IMG/VR virus record: IMGVR_UViG_3300028920_000001
Location: 124,001-188,000 of that record
Strand: one strand, 5' to 3'
DNA length: 64,000 nucleotides
Shown here: positions 1-8,828 of the stretch, piece after piece
Position numbering within the stretch: the first letter of the stretch is position 1
Layout: each line of letters opens with the position of its first letter
The notes under the pieces: generated by a model
What the model saw: only the letters and a program-made list of their open reading frames with translations
The model's database searches: none
What the model was told of the DNA's origin: nothing
Made by a program: the position numbers and the translations under genes

Positions 1-287
1 CCACAAATAGGTGAGCATATTTTGTCCAACACAATCCAATTGAAATTGTATATGGATCTAATCGACAGTATGAAATAAATAAACAACCATTTTTCTTATT
101 TAACTTCAAAAGAGCTCTGGCTACGTTCAAAATTAAGCTTGATTCTTCCCATGGCGTCATAAGTGATCGAAATCGTTTTCCATTTGGAGCAATGGTTACG
201 TCAATCCATTTATTTTCATCCCAACTAAAACCAATAATTGATTTTCCCTCTTCCCAATCATAAATGGCAGACCCAGGCCCAATACAA

Positions 288-815
288 TCAGTCCACAGCT
301 TCATCTAAAATTCTCCGAGCCCAACGCTGCATCCATTCAGGATAGAGATTCTCATCACCTTTCTCAAGGGGCATTATACCATCTTTACAATACGGACAAT
401 CAATGTACTTAGGCGTTCCTTTAGGGGGAGCTAAATGTTTGCATTGATCAACAGCTTTTTGCAGAGCTTTATCAAGTTTAGCTCTGTCTTCTAAGTCAAC
501 TATTGGCTCTTCCCAAAATTTAGTAGCATCAGGATTGACAATTTTGGCTGAGACTCTAACACAACCATCAATCTTGTCTTTCACACCTAGTTCTACTTGA
601 AATTGTTCTTCTAATCTAAAAACTTCATCCAACCATGGCTTCCATGCAGGATTGAGAGGCTGAGCCGGAATTTTGTACATATCACCTTCAGGCTTAACAC
701 TAAATCTGTGATCAACAGGAGCCTCACCTGGTTCCACTTGCGGGCTAAAATTACAATGAGGACATGGTTTTTCAAAAACAAATCGGGCTTCTCTAATAAC
801 TTGATCCATAATCAA
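288..815 (-). CDS. hypothetical protein with two CxxC motifs
   Basis: 175-aa ORF; CPHC and CPYC motifs. Confidence 0.7.
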   Translation of the reverse strand: MIMDQVIREARFVFEKPCPHCNFSPQVEPGEAPVDHRFSVKPEGDMYKIPAQPLNPAWKPWLDEVFRLEEQFQVELGVKDKIDGCVRVSAKIVNPDATKFWEEPIVDLEDRAKLDKALQKAVDQCKHLAPPKGTPKYIDCPYCKDGIMPLEKGDENLYPEWMQRWARRILDEAVD

Positions 816-841
816 ATCTACACTTAAATTTGTTAAAAATC

Positions 842-917
842 TGGGGTGACCGACGAGAATCGAACTCGCTTACCCTGAGTCACAGTCAGGTACATTTACC
901 AATATGATACGGTCACC
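842..917 (-). tRNA. tRNA-His(GTG)
   Basis: Cloverleaf; anticodon arm CCTGA-CTGTGAC-TCAGG; G-1; encoded CCA. Confidence 0.92.
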
Positions 918-952
918 ATAAATTTGCCTGAATTTGACTAAATTGTTGGCGG

Positions 953-1024
953 TCGGGATGGTGAGACTCGAACCCACATAGTCTCCGCCCCAAACGGAGT
1001 GGCTTGCCATTCACCCACACCCCG
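953..1024 (-). tRNA. tRNA-Pro(TGG)
   Basis: Cloverleaf; CTCCG-TTTGGGG-CGGAG; 3' end reads A-CCG. Confidence 0.9.
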
Positions 1025-1028
1025 AATT

Positions 1029-1050
1029 CTGACAGATAACGCCCTGTCAG
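1029..1050. terminator. small hairpin between tuf and tRNA-Pro
   Basis: CTGACAG-N8-CTGTCAG inverted repeat; no clear U-tract. Confidence 0.3.
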
Positions 1051-1068
1051 CACGGCGGGGCCAGTAGG

Positions 1069-2247
1069 CTAGGCTACTTCAGTTACGATTCCGGCACCAA
1101 CGGTGTGTCCACCCTCTCGAATGGCGAACCGCATGCCAGACTCGATCCCGACAGCCTTTTGCAGGTTGAAGCTTACCTGAGAGTTATCGCCAGGCTTCAC
1201 CATTTGGTTATTCTCGACGGTAATCTCACCAGTCACATCAGTTGTTCCGAAGAAAAACTGCGGACTGTAACCGCTGAAGAATGGAGTGTGACGTCCACCT
1301 TCTTTGGCTTTCAGGATGTAGACCTCAGCTTTGCCTTGAAGATGAGGCTTTACGCTGTTGGGGGCAGTGATGACTTGCCCACGTACAACCTCATCTTTTG
1401 CGACACCACGAAGCAGCAAACCAACATTTAAGCCAGCCTTCGCTTCGGGGATATCCTTGTGGAACATTTGGACTCCGGTGACGACAACCTGGCGAGGCTT
1501 CTGGTCCTCGTCCACCAGTCCCACAATTTCGACCGACTCTCCTTTAGTGAGTGTACCTCGCGATACCCGACCGGTGACCACAGTCCCCCGGCCCGGAATG
1601 CTGTGAGTGTCCTCGATCGGCATGAAGAAGGGAGCAGTGTAGTCCCGTGGAGGCTCAACGATATGCTCGTCGAGGGCCTTCACGAGCTCTACGATGCACT
1701 CTGTGTCTGCACCTAGTGCACCCGCTTCGATGGTCCGAAGCGCCAAGAGGGCGGACCCCTTGACCATGGGAGTACCCTCGTAGCCTTGACTCTCGAGCAT
1801 CTCCTTGGTTTCCATCTCGACCAGCTCCACCAACTCAGCATCAGGAGCTGCATCGATCTTGTTGAGGAAGACCACCATCTGGCTGACCCCAACTTGGCGG
1901 GCCAATAGGATATGCTCTCGAGTCTGTTGCTGCGGACCTTGTGATGCATCCACGAGAAGAATGGCACCATCCATTTGAGAGGCGCCAGTAATCATGTTCT
2001 TCACGTAGTCCGCATGCCCAGGACAATCGATATGGGCGTAGTGGCGCGTTGCAGAGTTATACTCCACATGGGCGGTGTTGATGGTTACGCCCCGCAGTTT
2101 CTCCTCCGGGGCTTTATCGATTTGGTCGAAGTCTACAGGTCTACCGCCGTGAATCGCTGCCATCACCTTCGTGATGGCCGCAGTCAAGGTAGTTTTCCCA
2201 TGATCGACGTGGCCAATCGTTCCGATATTGATGTGCACCGTATTCAT
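1069..2247 (-). CDS. tuf: elongation factor Tu (divergent)
   Basis: [27 protein letters not shown] motifs and domain II/III signatures; start set at MNTVH (2247) after AGGAGA RBS. Confidence 0.97.
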   Translation of the reverse strand: MNTVHINIGTIGHVDHGKTTLTAAITKVMAAIHGGRPVDFDQIDKAPEEKLRGVTINTAHVEYNSATRHYAHIDCPGHADYVKNMITGASQMDGAILLVDASQGPQQQTREHILLARQVGVSQMVVFLNKIDAAPDAELVELVEMETKEMLESQGYEGTPMVKGSALLALRTIEAGALGADTECIVELVKALDEHIVEPPRDYTAPFFMPIEDTHSIPGRGTVVTGRVSRGTLTKGESVEIVGLVDEDQKPRQVVVTGVQMFHKDIPEAKAGLNVGLLLRGVAKDEVVRGQVITAPNSVKPHLQGKAEVYILKAKEGGRHTPFFSGYSPQFFFGTTDVTGEITVENNQMVKPGDNSQVSFNLQKAVGIESGMRFAIREGGHTVGAGIVTEVA

Positions 2248-2314
2248 GACGGTATCTCCTGTTATCACCTATCCACCATGGATGGGCAAGTCTGTATTTG
2301 ATTGTTGTATTTGA

Positions 2315-2680
2315 TTGAGAATGCCTTATGTACAACAATCAGACATCGAAATCACTGAAATAAATGACACTATTTTTAAAGTAAATTATCTAAATAAATT
2401 TGATGTCTTCCTTTTAAAAAATGTGATGTTTGAAATCAACCCGACTGATGCAATACTGGATTGCATCTTAGAACATAAAAACAATATAGCTTCACTTTAT
2501 GATATTTTCGATGATTATTTCTGGAGCGGTGATGATTCCTATCCTGCTTGGGGAACTAAACCAAAATCTGCATTTTTATATGAATACCTGAGAGAAGTAG
2601 CAGATATAATCGTGACTATGACTAAGTCACAGCCTTGGTATCTAGAATGGAAATTAATTAAAAATATCATGGAATCATAA
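2315..2680 (+). CDS. hypothetical protein, C-terminal motif
   Basis: 121 aa; ends LIKNIMES*; start may be ATG at 2321. Confidence 0.75.
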   Translation: MRMPYVQQSDIEITEINDTIFKVNYLNKFDVFLLKNVMFEINPTDAILDCILEHKNNIASLYDIFDDYFWSGDDSYPAWGTKPKSAFLYEYLREVADIIVTMTKSQPWYLEWKLIKNIMES

Positions 2681-2687
2681 AAAGATC

Positions 2688-3098
2688 TTATGATTCCATA
2701 ATTTCAGATACGATTACATAATCCGGTATGCAATTTGTTGGTCGTAATTGAGGGTCTTTGCTAGGATCATTCCGATGTGGACACATCGGATAAAGTTCAG
2801 TTGAGCGAAAATCGCAATCATGAAGAAAACAATAATCATACATCCAATCTGAAGCATCTGGATCTTCTTCAACTTCTAAAGTAACAATATCTAATTTACC
2901 GGATGACCAGATTTTCTTCAGGCAACGTTCAGCAGATCGTCTGGTTTCATAAACTCGAGCTCGAGCATAACGTTTGGTGAACACAGGAACAGAAACAAAT
3001 GTCTCATCATCTCCATCCCATTGAGGAGCAAATTGTGCAGCCCAATGACTAAAGTATTCATTTCTATCATTAATGATTATGGATAATTTTCGCATCAA
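2688..3098 (-). CDS. hypothetical protein, C-terminal motif
   Basis: 136 aa; ends IVSEIMES*. Confidence 0.8.
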   Translation of the reverse strand: MMRKLSIIINDRNEYFSHWAAQFAPQWDGDDETFVSVPVFTKRYARARVYETRRSAERCLKKIWSSGKLDIVTLEVEEDPDASDWMYDYCFLHDCDFRSTELYPMCPHRNDPSKDPQLRPTNCIPDYVIVSEIMES

Positions 3099-3126
3099 TC
3101 TTCCATAATATTATAACACTTAAATT

Positions 3127-3315
3127 TTATCTTTCCATTATCTCAGCTACCATAAATTCCTCTTTAGAAACTATTCTTTCTTGAGAAACGAAATTAGTAA
3201 ATTTATAGCATGTTTTACACATGACATGATATTTATCTCCAATGCATATGTAATAATCAGGTGTTCCTTCACAATTAGGAAAACCTTGTCCATAGTTGGT
3301 ACACCTAATTGACAT
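3127..3315 (-). CDS. small Cys-rich protein, C-terminal motif
   Basis: 62 aa; CxxC; ends MVAEIMER*. Confidence 0.75.
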   Translation of the reverse strand: MSIRCTNYGQGFPNCEGTPDYYICIGDKYHVMCKTCYKFTNFVSQERIVSKEEFMVAEIMER

Positions 3316-3316
3316 A

Positions 3317-4558
3317 CTACCCTTTTACACAGATGATTTGCCGAAGTTCATGCTTAATCTCTACTAAATCCTTTTGGGCTTCCATCACTGCATCAATATC
3401 TTTGTACGCACCCGGAGTTTCGTCCAATACATCCTTGTCCTTACGACATTCAATGCCTTCAGTCGCCTGACGATGATCCTTGAGAGTGAATTGCTGTCGT
3501 GCTTGAGTGCGGCTCATCAAACGACCAGCGCCATGTGAAGCACTGGTGAAAGATTCCGGATTCCCAAGACCGCTAACAATGTAACTTCGTGCGCCCATCG
3601 ATCCTGGAATTATGCCGAGCTGTCCCTTTCGAGCTGAAATTGCGCCCTTCCGAGTGACCCAGATATTATGCTTGAAGTGATTTTCTCGAGTCACGTAATT
3701 ATGATGGCAGTTCACCTCTGTAACATCAGCATCAAATTTTGGAACCAGCTTTGATTTCCGAAGAGTTTTGACGATCGTCTCCATCATGAGTTCACGATTG
3801 ACCTGAGCGTAGCGTTGAGCCCATTGAACCGCTTTCATATATTGATCGAAATGCGGCGTTCCTTCCGGAAAGAACGATAAATCCATGTTAGGCAAATCAA
3901 CATAATATTTCTTCATAACATCCTTAGCTAGGCGAATAAAATAAGTACCAATTCGATTCCCGATTCCGCGAGATCCAGAGTGAAGCACAAGCCACACCTG
4001 ATCATTCTTGTCCAGGCACACTTCGATGAAATGATTGCCTGTGCCAAGCGTTCCAAGCTGCTTTTCTGGTCCTTTATGTTCACATGCTGGATTCGATTCT
4101 TTAATCTTTGTGTAACCAGGCTTAAGTTCCTCCCAAGCCACTTCAACTGCTACTGGCGGATTCTCCCATGAACCCGGATCACGTCCTTTAGCAAATCCGT
4201 GTGGAACCGCCTTTTCGATCAAAGCTCGAATTTTAGCCAAATCCTTGAGCATGGGAGCTCGAAGAGTAGTCTGCACGGCCATCATCCCACAACCTATATC
4301 GACCCCGACCGCCGAAGGAACCACTGCATCTTGGGTTGCAATCACGGTGCCGACTGTAGCACCAATCCCAGCATGCACATCCGGCATCACGGCAACATGT
4401 TTGTAAATGAAGGGAAGATCGGCTACGTAAGCAAGTTGGGCCTCAGCATAGTGCTCTACTGGAACACCAACTGTCCATCGCTTGATGAGATGCTTGTATC
4501 CCTTGGTGATTTCAATATTTCCATCGCGGAAAGTGTGTGGAACATTTTGATCAGTCAT
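3317..4558 (-). CDS. rtcB: RtcB family RNA ligase
   Basis: MPDVHAG, VGVDIGCG, LGTLGTGNHFIE, HSGSRG, HN, IIPGSMG, SHGAGR, DETPGAYK motifs. Confidence 0.97.
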   Translation of the reverse strand: MTDQNVPHTFRDGNIEITKGYKHLIKRWTVGVPVEHYAEAQLAYVADLPFIYKHVAVMPDVHAGIGATVGTVIATQDAVVPSAVGVDIGCGMMAVQTTLRAPMLKDLAKIRALIEKAVPHGFAKGRDPGSWENPPVAVEVAWEELKPGYTKIKESNPACEHKGPEKQLGTLGTGNHFIEVCLDKNDQVWLVLHSGSRGIGNRIGTYFIRLAKDVMKKYYVDLPNMDLSFFPEGTPHFDQYMKAVQWAQRYAQVNRELMMETIVKTLRKSKLVPKFDADVTEVNCHHNYVTRENHFKHNIWVTRKGAISARKGQLGIIPGSMGARSYIVSGLGNPESFTSASHGAGRLMSRTQARQQFTLKDHRQATEGIECRKDKDVLDETPGAYKDIDAVMEAQKDLVEIKHELRQIICVKG

Positions 4559-4566
4559 GGTATCCT

Positions 4567-4866
4567 CTATGAAAATTGTGCTCTATATACCTCAAATTCA
4601 TTCCGATTAAGAACTCTGTATTCAATTACGTCATCCCAGTTATGAATTTCATCTTCGCAGCATAATAAGAGATGATATTCTTTCATGTCATTATAAGTGA
4701 TGCAAAAGATTGGAATAGGACTATTACAAGCTTTAAAATCTACATCTATCATGCTGCAAAATGGGCATTCACGATTCAAATCAAATTTAGCAAGATCCTC
4801 ATCAGTAGGATGTATTAATACATCCTCACCAACCGGAATAATTAATTGTTGATTCTTAGTTGCCAT
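4567..4866 (-). CDS. hypothetical protein
   Basis: 99-aa ORF in coupled minus-strand run; CPFC. Confidence 0.7.
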   Translation of the reverse strand: MATKNQQLIIPVGEDVLIHPTDEDLAKFDLNRECPFCSMIDVDFKACNSPIPIFCITYNDMKEYHLLLCCEDEIHNWDDVIEYRVLNRNEFEVYRAQFS

Positions 4867-5056
4867 TGTTCCAAACGCAGTAATACTTTTTACATCGACC
4901 TTCAGTACACCTTATCCATTTCAATCCAAGAAACCAAGCCAGAGCATCGGAAATCCAACTAACTCGGGTTTCTAATCCTCCAGCTCCGCAATATGGACAA
5001 CGATAAGTCATCGCTTTTCCGAATGTTTTAATATTAGATGTAATGGACCGGAACAT
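4856..5056 (-). CDS. small zinc-finger/membrane protein
   Basis: CPYCG, hydrophobic segment, CxxxxC; true start likely MTYRC (~5011). Confidence 0.6.
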   Translation of the reverse strand: MFRSITSNIKTFGKAMTYRCPYCGAGGLETRVSWISDALAWFLGLKWIRCTEGRCKKYYCVWNNGN

Positions 5057-5250
5057 ACAAATTTATCATTATGATATACCGTAACTCGATCAATCCATCC
5101 CCACTTAAAAGGTTTTTCAGATAATTTCTTGGCTTTATTGACTGCACTTCTTACATGTAAAGCCTGTACTTCATAAGTATGGGTGTCAAATAAGTCATGG
5201 CCTTTAAAGCTCTCGTGCCCTTTTCTGATTTCCACTTTAAAAGTCTTCAT
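5008..5250 (-). CDS. hypothetical protein
   Basis: 80-aa ORF, coupled to neighbours. Confidence 0.7.
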   Translation of the reverse strand: MKTFKVEIRKGHESFKGHDLFDTHTYEVQALHVRSAVNKAKKLSEKPFKWGWIDRVTVYHNDKFVCSGPLHLILKHSEKR

Positions 5251-5416
5251 TGTCTTCTTCTTGAGCTTCCTGTCTTACCATTTCTACTCGGCTTGACATA
5301 ATATCTAGTATACCCTCAAGAGTCTCGAGCCATTCTTGTTTTGATTGGTCTTTAAGAAGACTGAGTTCCTCCAATTCAGTATAAAATTGTTCAAATTTTG
5401 ACTGAGCTTCTTCCAT
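5237..5416 (-). CDS. small acidic protein (59 aa, below ORF-track cutoff)
   Basis: MEEAQSKFEQF...EEDNEDF*; fills the gap and is coupled to both neighbours. Confidence 0.6.
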   Translation of the reverse strand: MEEAQSKFEQFYTELEELSLLKDQSKQEWLETLEGILDIMSSRVEMVRQEAQEEDNEDF

Positions 5417-5769
5417 TACTCCGGAAAATCCTTAGGAAGTGTTTCAAACAAATCATTCAACGCGATGGTTGCTTTTTCAAACAGCTTTTCCATAGTTGAT
5501 TCACGGATGGTCATTGAAATTTCAATGCCCGGTTGAAGCCTTAAGTCGAATTCCCAGTTGATAGAAAGCGAATAGGCGTCCCGGTCTCCATCTTTTGAAT
5601 TTAACCAACGCATGAGATGAAGAGTAATGCGTTCATCTCGAAAATACCAATTGGCCCATTGGGCATCATCATGACGGGCCAACTTGAGTTTATGTCCTTG
5701 CCATTCAACAACTTCAGGAAGCCGAATCTTAGTTCGAGCCCATTTAACAGTGCGGTATTTCATGATCAC
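5416..5769 (-). CDS. hypothetical protein, paralog of 5766..6134
   Basis: Ends KATIALNDLFETLPKDFPE*. Confidence 0.75.
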   Translation of the reverse strand: MIMKYRTVKWARTKIRLPEVVEWQGHKLKLARHDDAQWANWYFRDERITLHLMRWLNSKDGDRDAYSLSINWEFDLRLQPGIEISMTIRESTMEKLFEKATIALNDLFETLPKDFPE

Positions 5770-6134
5770 TCCGGAAAATGTCTGGCCAATGAATTATAAA
5801 GTTTATTCAAACCCTTGGTTGCTACTTCAACTAGTTCTTCTAGAGAGTCTGCCGAATATTGAATGGGCCAATCTAAAAAATTAAATTCAATTAAAATACT
5901 CCAATCTTTCCTGTCTTTTTTATTCACGTATAAACTTGTCGGCCAATAATGTATTGATCTTTTTGGCCAAAAACGAATTGCAATTTTTAGTTGTTTAGAT
6001 CTGTCTTCCACATCTGAAAGCCATACAGCATTTAGATTAGGCCATGGTTGCAATTTTAGAATATGTCCTTGAAAATTAATTTTGGATGGGACTTTATATT
6101 TTTCTTTGTTGATGACGATGGTACGAAGTCTCAT
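5766..6134 (-). CDS. hypothetical protein, paralog of 5416..5769
   Basis: Ends VATKGLNKLYNSLARHFPE*; leaderless start after promoter motif. Confidence 0.75.
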   Translation of the reverse strand: MRLRTIVINKEKYKVPSKINFQGHILKLQPWPNLNAVWLSDVEDRSKQLKIAIRFWPKRSIHYWPTSLYVNKKDRKDWSILIEFNFLDWPIQYSADSLEELVEVATKGLNKLYNSLARHFPE

Positions 6135-6140
6135 ATTTTA

Positions 6141-6168
6141 ATATACAAACCGCACTCAGTTATTTACT
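6141..6168 (-). promoter_or_regulatory. phage promoter-like motif
   Basis: AGTAAA-N13-TTTGTATAT, ATG 6 nt downstream. Confidence 0.6.
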
Positions 6169-6172
6169 TGTT

Positions 6173-6395
6173 GGGTGAGACAGTTTAGTCTCACCCGGAA
6201 ATTCGATATCTACAGAAGAACCTAAGCTGATCTGTAAAAACCGAACTCCAGGTGTCTTGAGGGCCAATAACTTGATTGGCCCTCGGCTACCCGGCATTTA
6301 CAGAGAAAGATAAATTTATCTGCAAAAGCCGAGGCCGAGAGATGGTTCCACCACCCTAGCATCTACTGACTAACCATAACCAGTAGAAGCTAGGG
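6173..6395 (-). ncRNA. structured non-coding RNA candidate (five hairpins)
   Basis: Stems at 6173-6196, 6204-6243, 6259-6284, 6292-6331, 6354-6395 directly 3' of tRNA-Phe. Confidence 0.55.
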
Positions 6396-6404
6396 TAGGT
6401 GTAG

Positions 6405-6477
6405 TGCTCCCGGCCGGAATCGAACCAGCGACGCCGAGCTCTTCAGGCTCGCGCTCTACCAACTGAGCTACAGGAGC
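6405..6477 (-). tRNA. tRNA-Phe(GAA)
   Basis: Cloverleaf; CGAGC-CTGAAGA-GCTCG; 3' A-CTA. Confidence 0.92.
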
Positions 6478-6494
6478 TGGAAAACCTTGACGGG

Positions 6495-6534
6495 CGGTGT
6501 CTATGGAAGAACCGAAGCTGATCCATAGAAACCG
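6495..6534 (-). repeat. 40-nt hairpin motif copy C
   Basis: CGGTTTCTATGGA-N14-TCCATAGACACCG with C(TTCG)G tetraloop; related to 6204, 6292, 13602. Confidence 0.7.
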
Positions 6535-6551
6535 CAGCTTTGCCGCCAAGG

Positions 6552-6626
6552 TGGTGACCGCAGGGGGAATTGAACCCGCCGTTGTCGGTGTGAAAAACCG
6601 ATTTCCTACCATTAGAAGATGCGGCC
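6552..6626 (-). tRNA. tRNA-Glu(TTC)
   Basis: Cloverleaf; TCGGT-TTTTCAC-ACCGA; encoded CCA. Confidence 0.92.
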
Positions 6627-6678
6627 GAACCTGTTTTTTAAAACAGATTGATTGAACCTGTTATGAAAAAGAAAATTC

Positions 6679-7230
6679 GTGAAGACTAAACGACGAATAA
6701 GAAAATGGAATACGGACTATTGGAGAAAACAATATATTATTAGAAAAGTTAAAGCAATTGAATATAAAGGAGGAAAATGTATAAAATGTGGATATAACAA
6801 ATGTTATGGAGCTTTAGAATTTCATCATAGAAATCCAAAAGAAAAAGAGTATGTGTGGTATAAATTAAGAAAAAGGAGTTGGAGAAATATTAAAGAAGAA
6901 TTAGATAAATGTGATTTAGTTTGTGCTAATTGTCATAGGGAAGCACATCATGATCCTTCTCTCTTAAAGAAAGCAAAGGAGTGGAGAGATAAAATTGATT
7001 CAAAAATCCCAATAATAGAAATAAACTGCAAAAATTGTGGAAAAGTATTTAGACCTGTGAGTCATAAAATCCAATTTTGTTCGCCTAAGTGTTCCGCTAA
7101 ATCTCAAGAAAGAGTTCAATGGCCAAAAAATTTGCCACTACTTGTAGCTAAGTTATCAAAAAGAGCGGTAGCATTCCAACTCGGTGTATCAGACAAAGCT
7201 GTAGCAAAAAGACTTCATAGCCATCATTAG
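6679..7230 (+). CDS. HNH endonuclease with Zn-finger and HTH tail
   Basis: CxxCGY..C..ALEFHH...CDLVCANCHREAH; GVSDKAVAKR HTH; GTG start. Confidence 0.88.
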   Translation: MKTKRRIRKWNTDYWRKQYIIRKVKAIEYKGGKCIKCGYNKCYGALEFHHRNPKEKEYVWYKLRKRSWRNIKEELDKCDLVCANCHREAHHDPSLLKKAKEWRDKIDSKIPIIEINCKNCGKVFRPVSHKIQFCSPKCSAKSQERVQWPKNLPLLVAKLSKRAVAFQLGVSDKAVAKRLHSHH

Positions 7231-7848
7231 TGTCCCGGGCGGGATTCGAATCCGCGCGTAAAGCAAAGGTCTCGTTTAGGAAACGCGCTTCCCGCTACGT
7301 AAATTTCACAACCTGCCATGGCGACTCCCGCCCACCCCTAGTTGTTACCAGTTAGCGTCTGGTGTAGAGTTGGAGGGTGAGCCAGATCGTCAAGAAGCTT
7401 GGCAATGGCGGGTCGAGGATCGCCTACCTGCTCAAGTCCGGGTACGTCTTGAAGGTCCACCGTTACAGAGCGACGAGGGATAACCAAGTCGAAGCCAGGA
7501 TTTACTATCTGGCTCAGAAGATGGGGGTCGGACACCACTTCGCTCGATGTCGGCTGAGTCCTCGTGGGCTCGTGATGGAGTACGTTGACACGTCGATACG
7601 AGACGACCCAGGGCGGGGCTTTCCTTGGTGGGTTCGTCTCATTGACAAGTATCAGGTGGGGCTCACCCGGGACGGTCGGCTGGTGGCCTACGACTACGCC
7701 AACCTGTGGCCCCAAGAGCCTACTATCTGGTACGACGGGTTGCGCTACTTCCTACTGAAAGAGGACTCGACGAAAGGACCCCTGGCGGACACTCTGCGCC
7801 TCTTTCCTGGTGTGAGTTTGAAGTGAGGTTCCTTTGAGCCACCGGGAC
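7231..7848 (-). ncRNA. tmRNA-like RNA with non-Ala acceptor stem
   Basis: Acceptor GTCCCGG/CCGGGAC-A; T-loop TTCGAAT; long discontinuous 5'/3' helix; pk1-like pseudoknot; GC-rich. Confidence 0.55.
7377..7826 (+). CDS. protein kinase-like protein (minimal/degenerate)
   Basis: GNGGSRIAY, VLKV, E, VMEYV, GRLVAYDYA motifs; GC3-rich codons; catalytic-loop region atypical. Confidence 0.55.
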   Translation: MSQIVKKLGNGGSRIAYLLKSGYVLKVHRYRATRDNQVEARIYYLAQKMGVGHHFARCRLSPRGLVMEYVDTSIRDDPGRGFPWWVRLIDKYQVGLTRDGRLVAYDYANLWPQEPTIWYDGLRYFLLKEDSTKGPLADTLRLFPGVSLK

Positions 7849-8085
7849 TTAACTCTCCATAATGAGAGTTACTAAAACTTCTTCGGGAGTAAGAATTATA
7901 AATCCAGACGTATAACCCGGCTTCATTTTTGCAATTCGTTCTATACACTGTTCACGGCTCGAGAAATGACAGGCATGTCTAATGCTGCTGGTATATTCAT
8001 ATTCATGCCCATCAGACCCTTTAATTAATTTTACATACCAGTTAGTCCCATATCCACCATTTTGAATCACCCATGGGTAGTTCAT
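7849..8085 (-). CDS. hypothetical protein, C-terminal motif
   Basis: Ends ILTPEEVLVTLIMES*. Confidence 0.8.
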   Translation of the reverse strand: MNYPWVIQNGGYGTNWYVKLIKGSDGHEYEYTSSIRHACHFSSREQCIERIAKMKPGYTSGFIILTPEEVLVTLIMES

Positions 8086-8828
8086 TAACCTAGCCGATTT
8101 TGAATAATGGGACGATTAAACCAATTATTATCGTCACTTTTAACTTTTTCAAATTCAGGACGTGATAATTTCATTCTACCAACCACCTTTTCATCATCCT
8201 CGATTCTGATATAAATTCCTTCCATCAAAATTGAATCATCAGTTCCTTCCAACGATTTCAAGTGTTTTTTCCAGTCGGGAGTCTTGAAATTAGAAGGACC
8301 AATGAATTGGGCGAAATTATTCACCTTGCCGAAGATTCCTTGGAAAAGAATCGGTGCAGTTGGTAATTCTGTTAAAGTAAATGCTTGACTGAGCAAAGCA
8401 TGCCGCTTTGGTGTCGAAAGAAACAAGTCATTTTCTTTATCATAAACATCATACTCGACAAAATAGCCAGGTAAAGCATCATAGAAGACACGATGCTTAG
8501 CATAGAGCCACTCACCAAATAAAAGATAACGAGTTCCAAGAATTCGCTCTAAATCAGTCTTTTTGGAATAAGACCATTGTTTGAATAAATTAAATTGGCG
8601 TTCTCTTGGTCCACCAACTAAATAATGGCCTCGACTTTGCAATACTAGCCTATCATCAACTTCGGTTTGAGGAACTTCAAAACTGATTCCAACATTAGCT
8701 CCGTCAAGCTTTTCAGTCACGTATACTTTAAGTTTACCCCATTCTTTATAAATGTCGTCTCGAAGAACTACCTCGAGCCGTTGAGTTTTCGGAAATTTAA
8801 TCATCTTCCTCCATAATATAATCAACAA
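8085..8828 (-). CDS. RNA ligase (Rnl2-like ATP-dependent nucleotidyltransferase)
   Basis: TEKLDGAN (motif I), FGEW, YDVYD, EGIYIR, RMKL; start likely MIKFPK (~8804). Confidence 0.88.
   Translation of the reverse strand: MLIILWRKMIKFPKTQRLEVVLRDDIYKEWGKLKVYVTEKLDGANVGISFEVPQTEVDDRLVLQSRGHYLVGGPRERQFNLFKQWSYSKKTDLERILGTRYLLFGEWLYAKHRVFYDALPGYFVEYDVYDKENDLFLSTPKRHALLSQAFTLTELPTAPILFQGIFGKVNNFAQFIGPSNFKTPDWKKHLKSLEGTDDSILMEGIYIRIEDDEKVVGRMKLSRPEFEKVKSDDNNWFNRPIIQNRLG

Noticed and set aside
1105-2338. Plus-strand and off-frame ORFs inside tuf (1105..1431, 1358..1606, 1459..1716, 1975..2301 etc.)
   Set aside because: Shadow ORFs produced by GC3-biased codons of EF-Tu; the same applies to 3980..4645, 35011..35616, 50518..50871, 55472..55882, 59473..60754 and 63238..63895.
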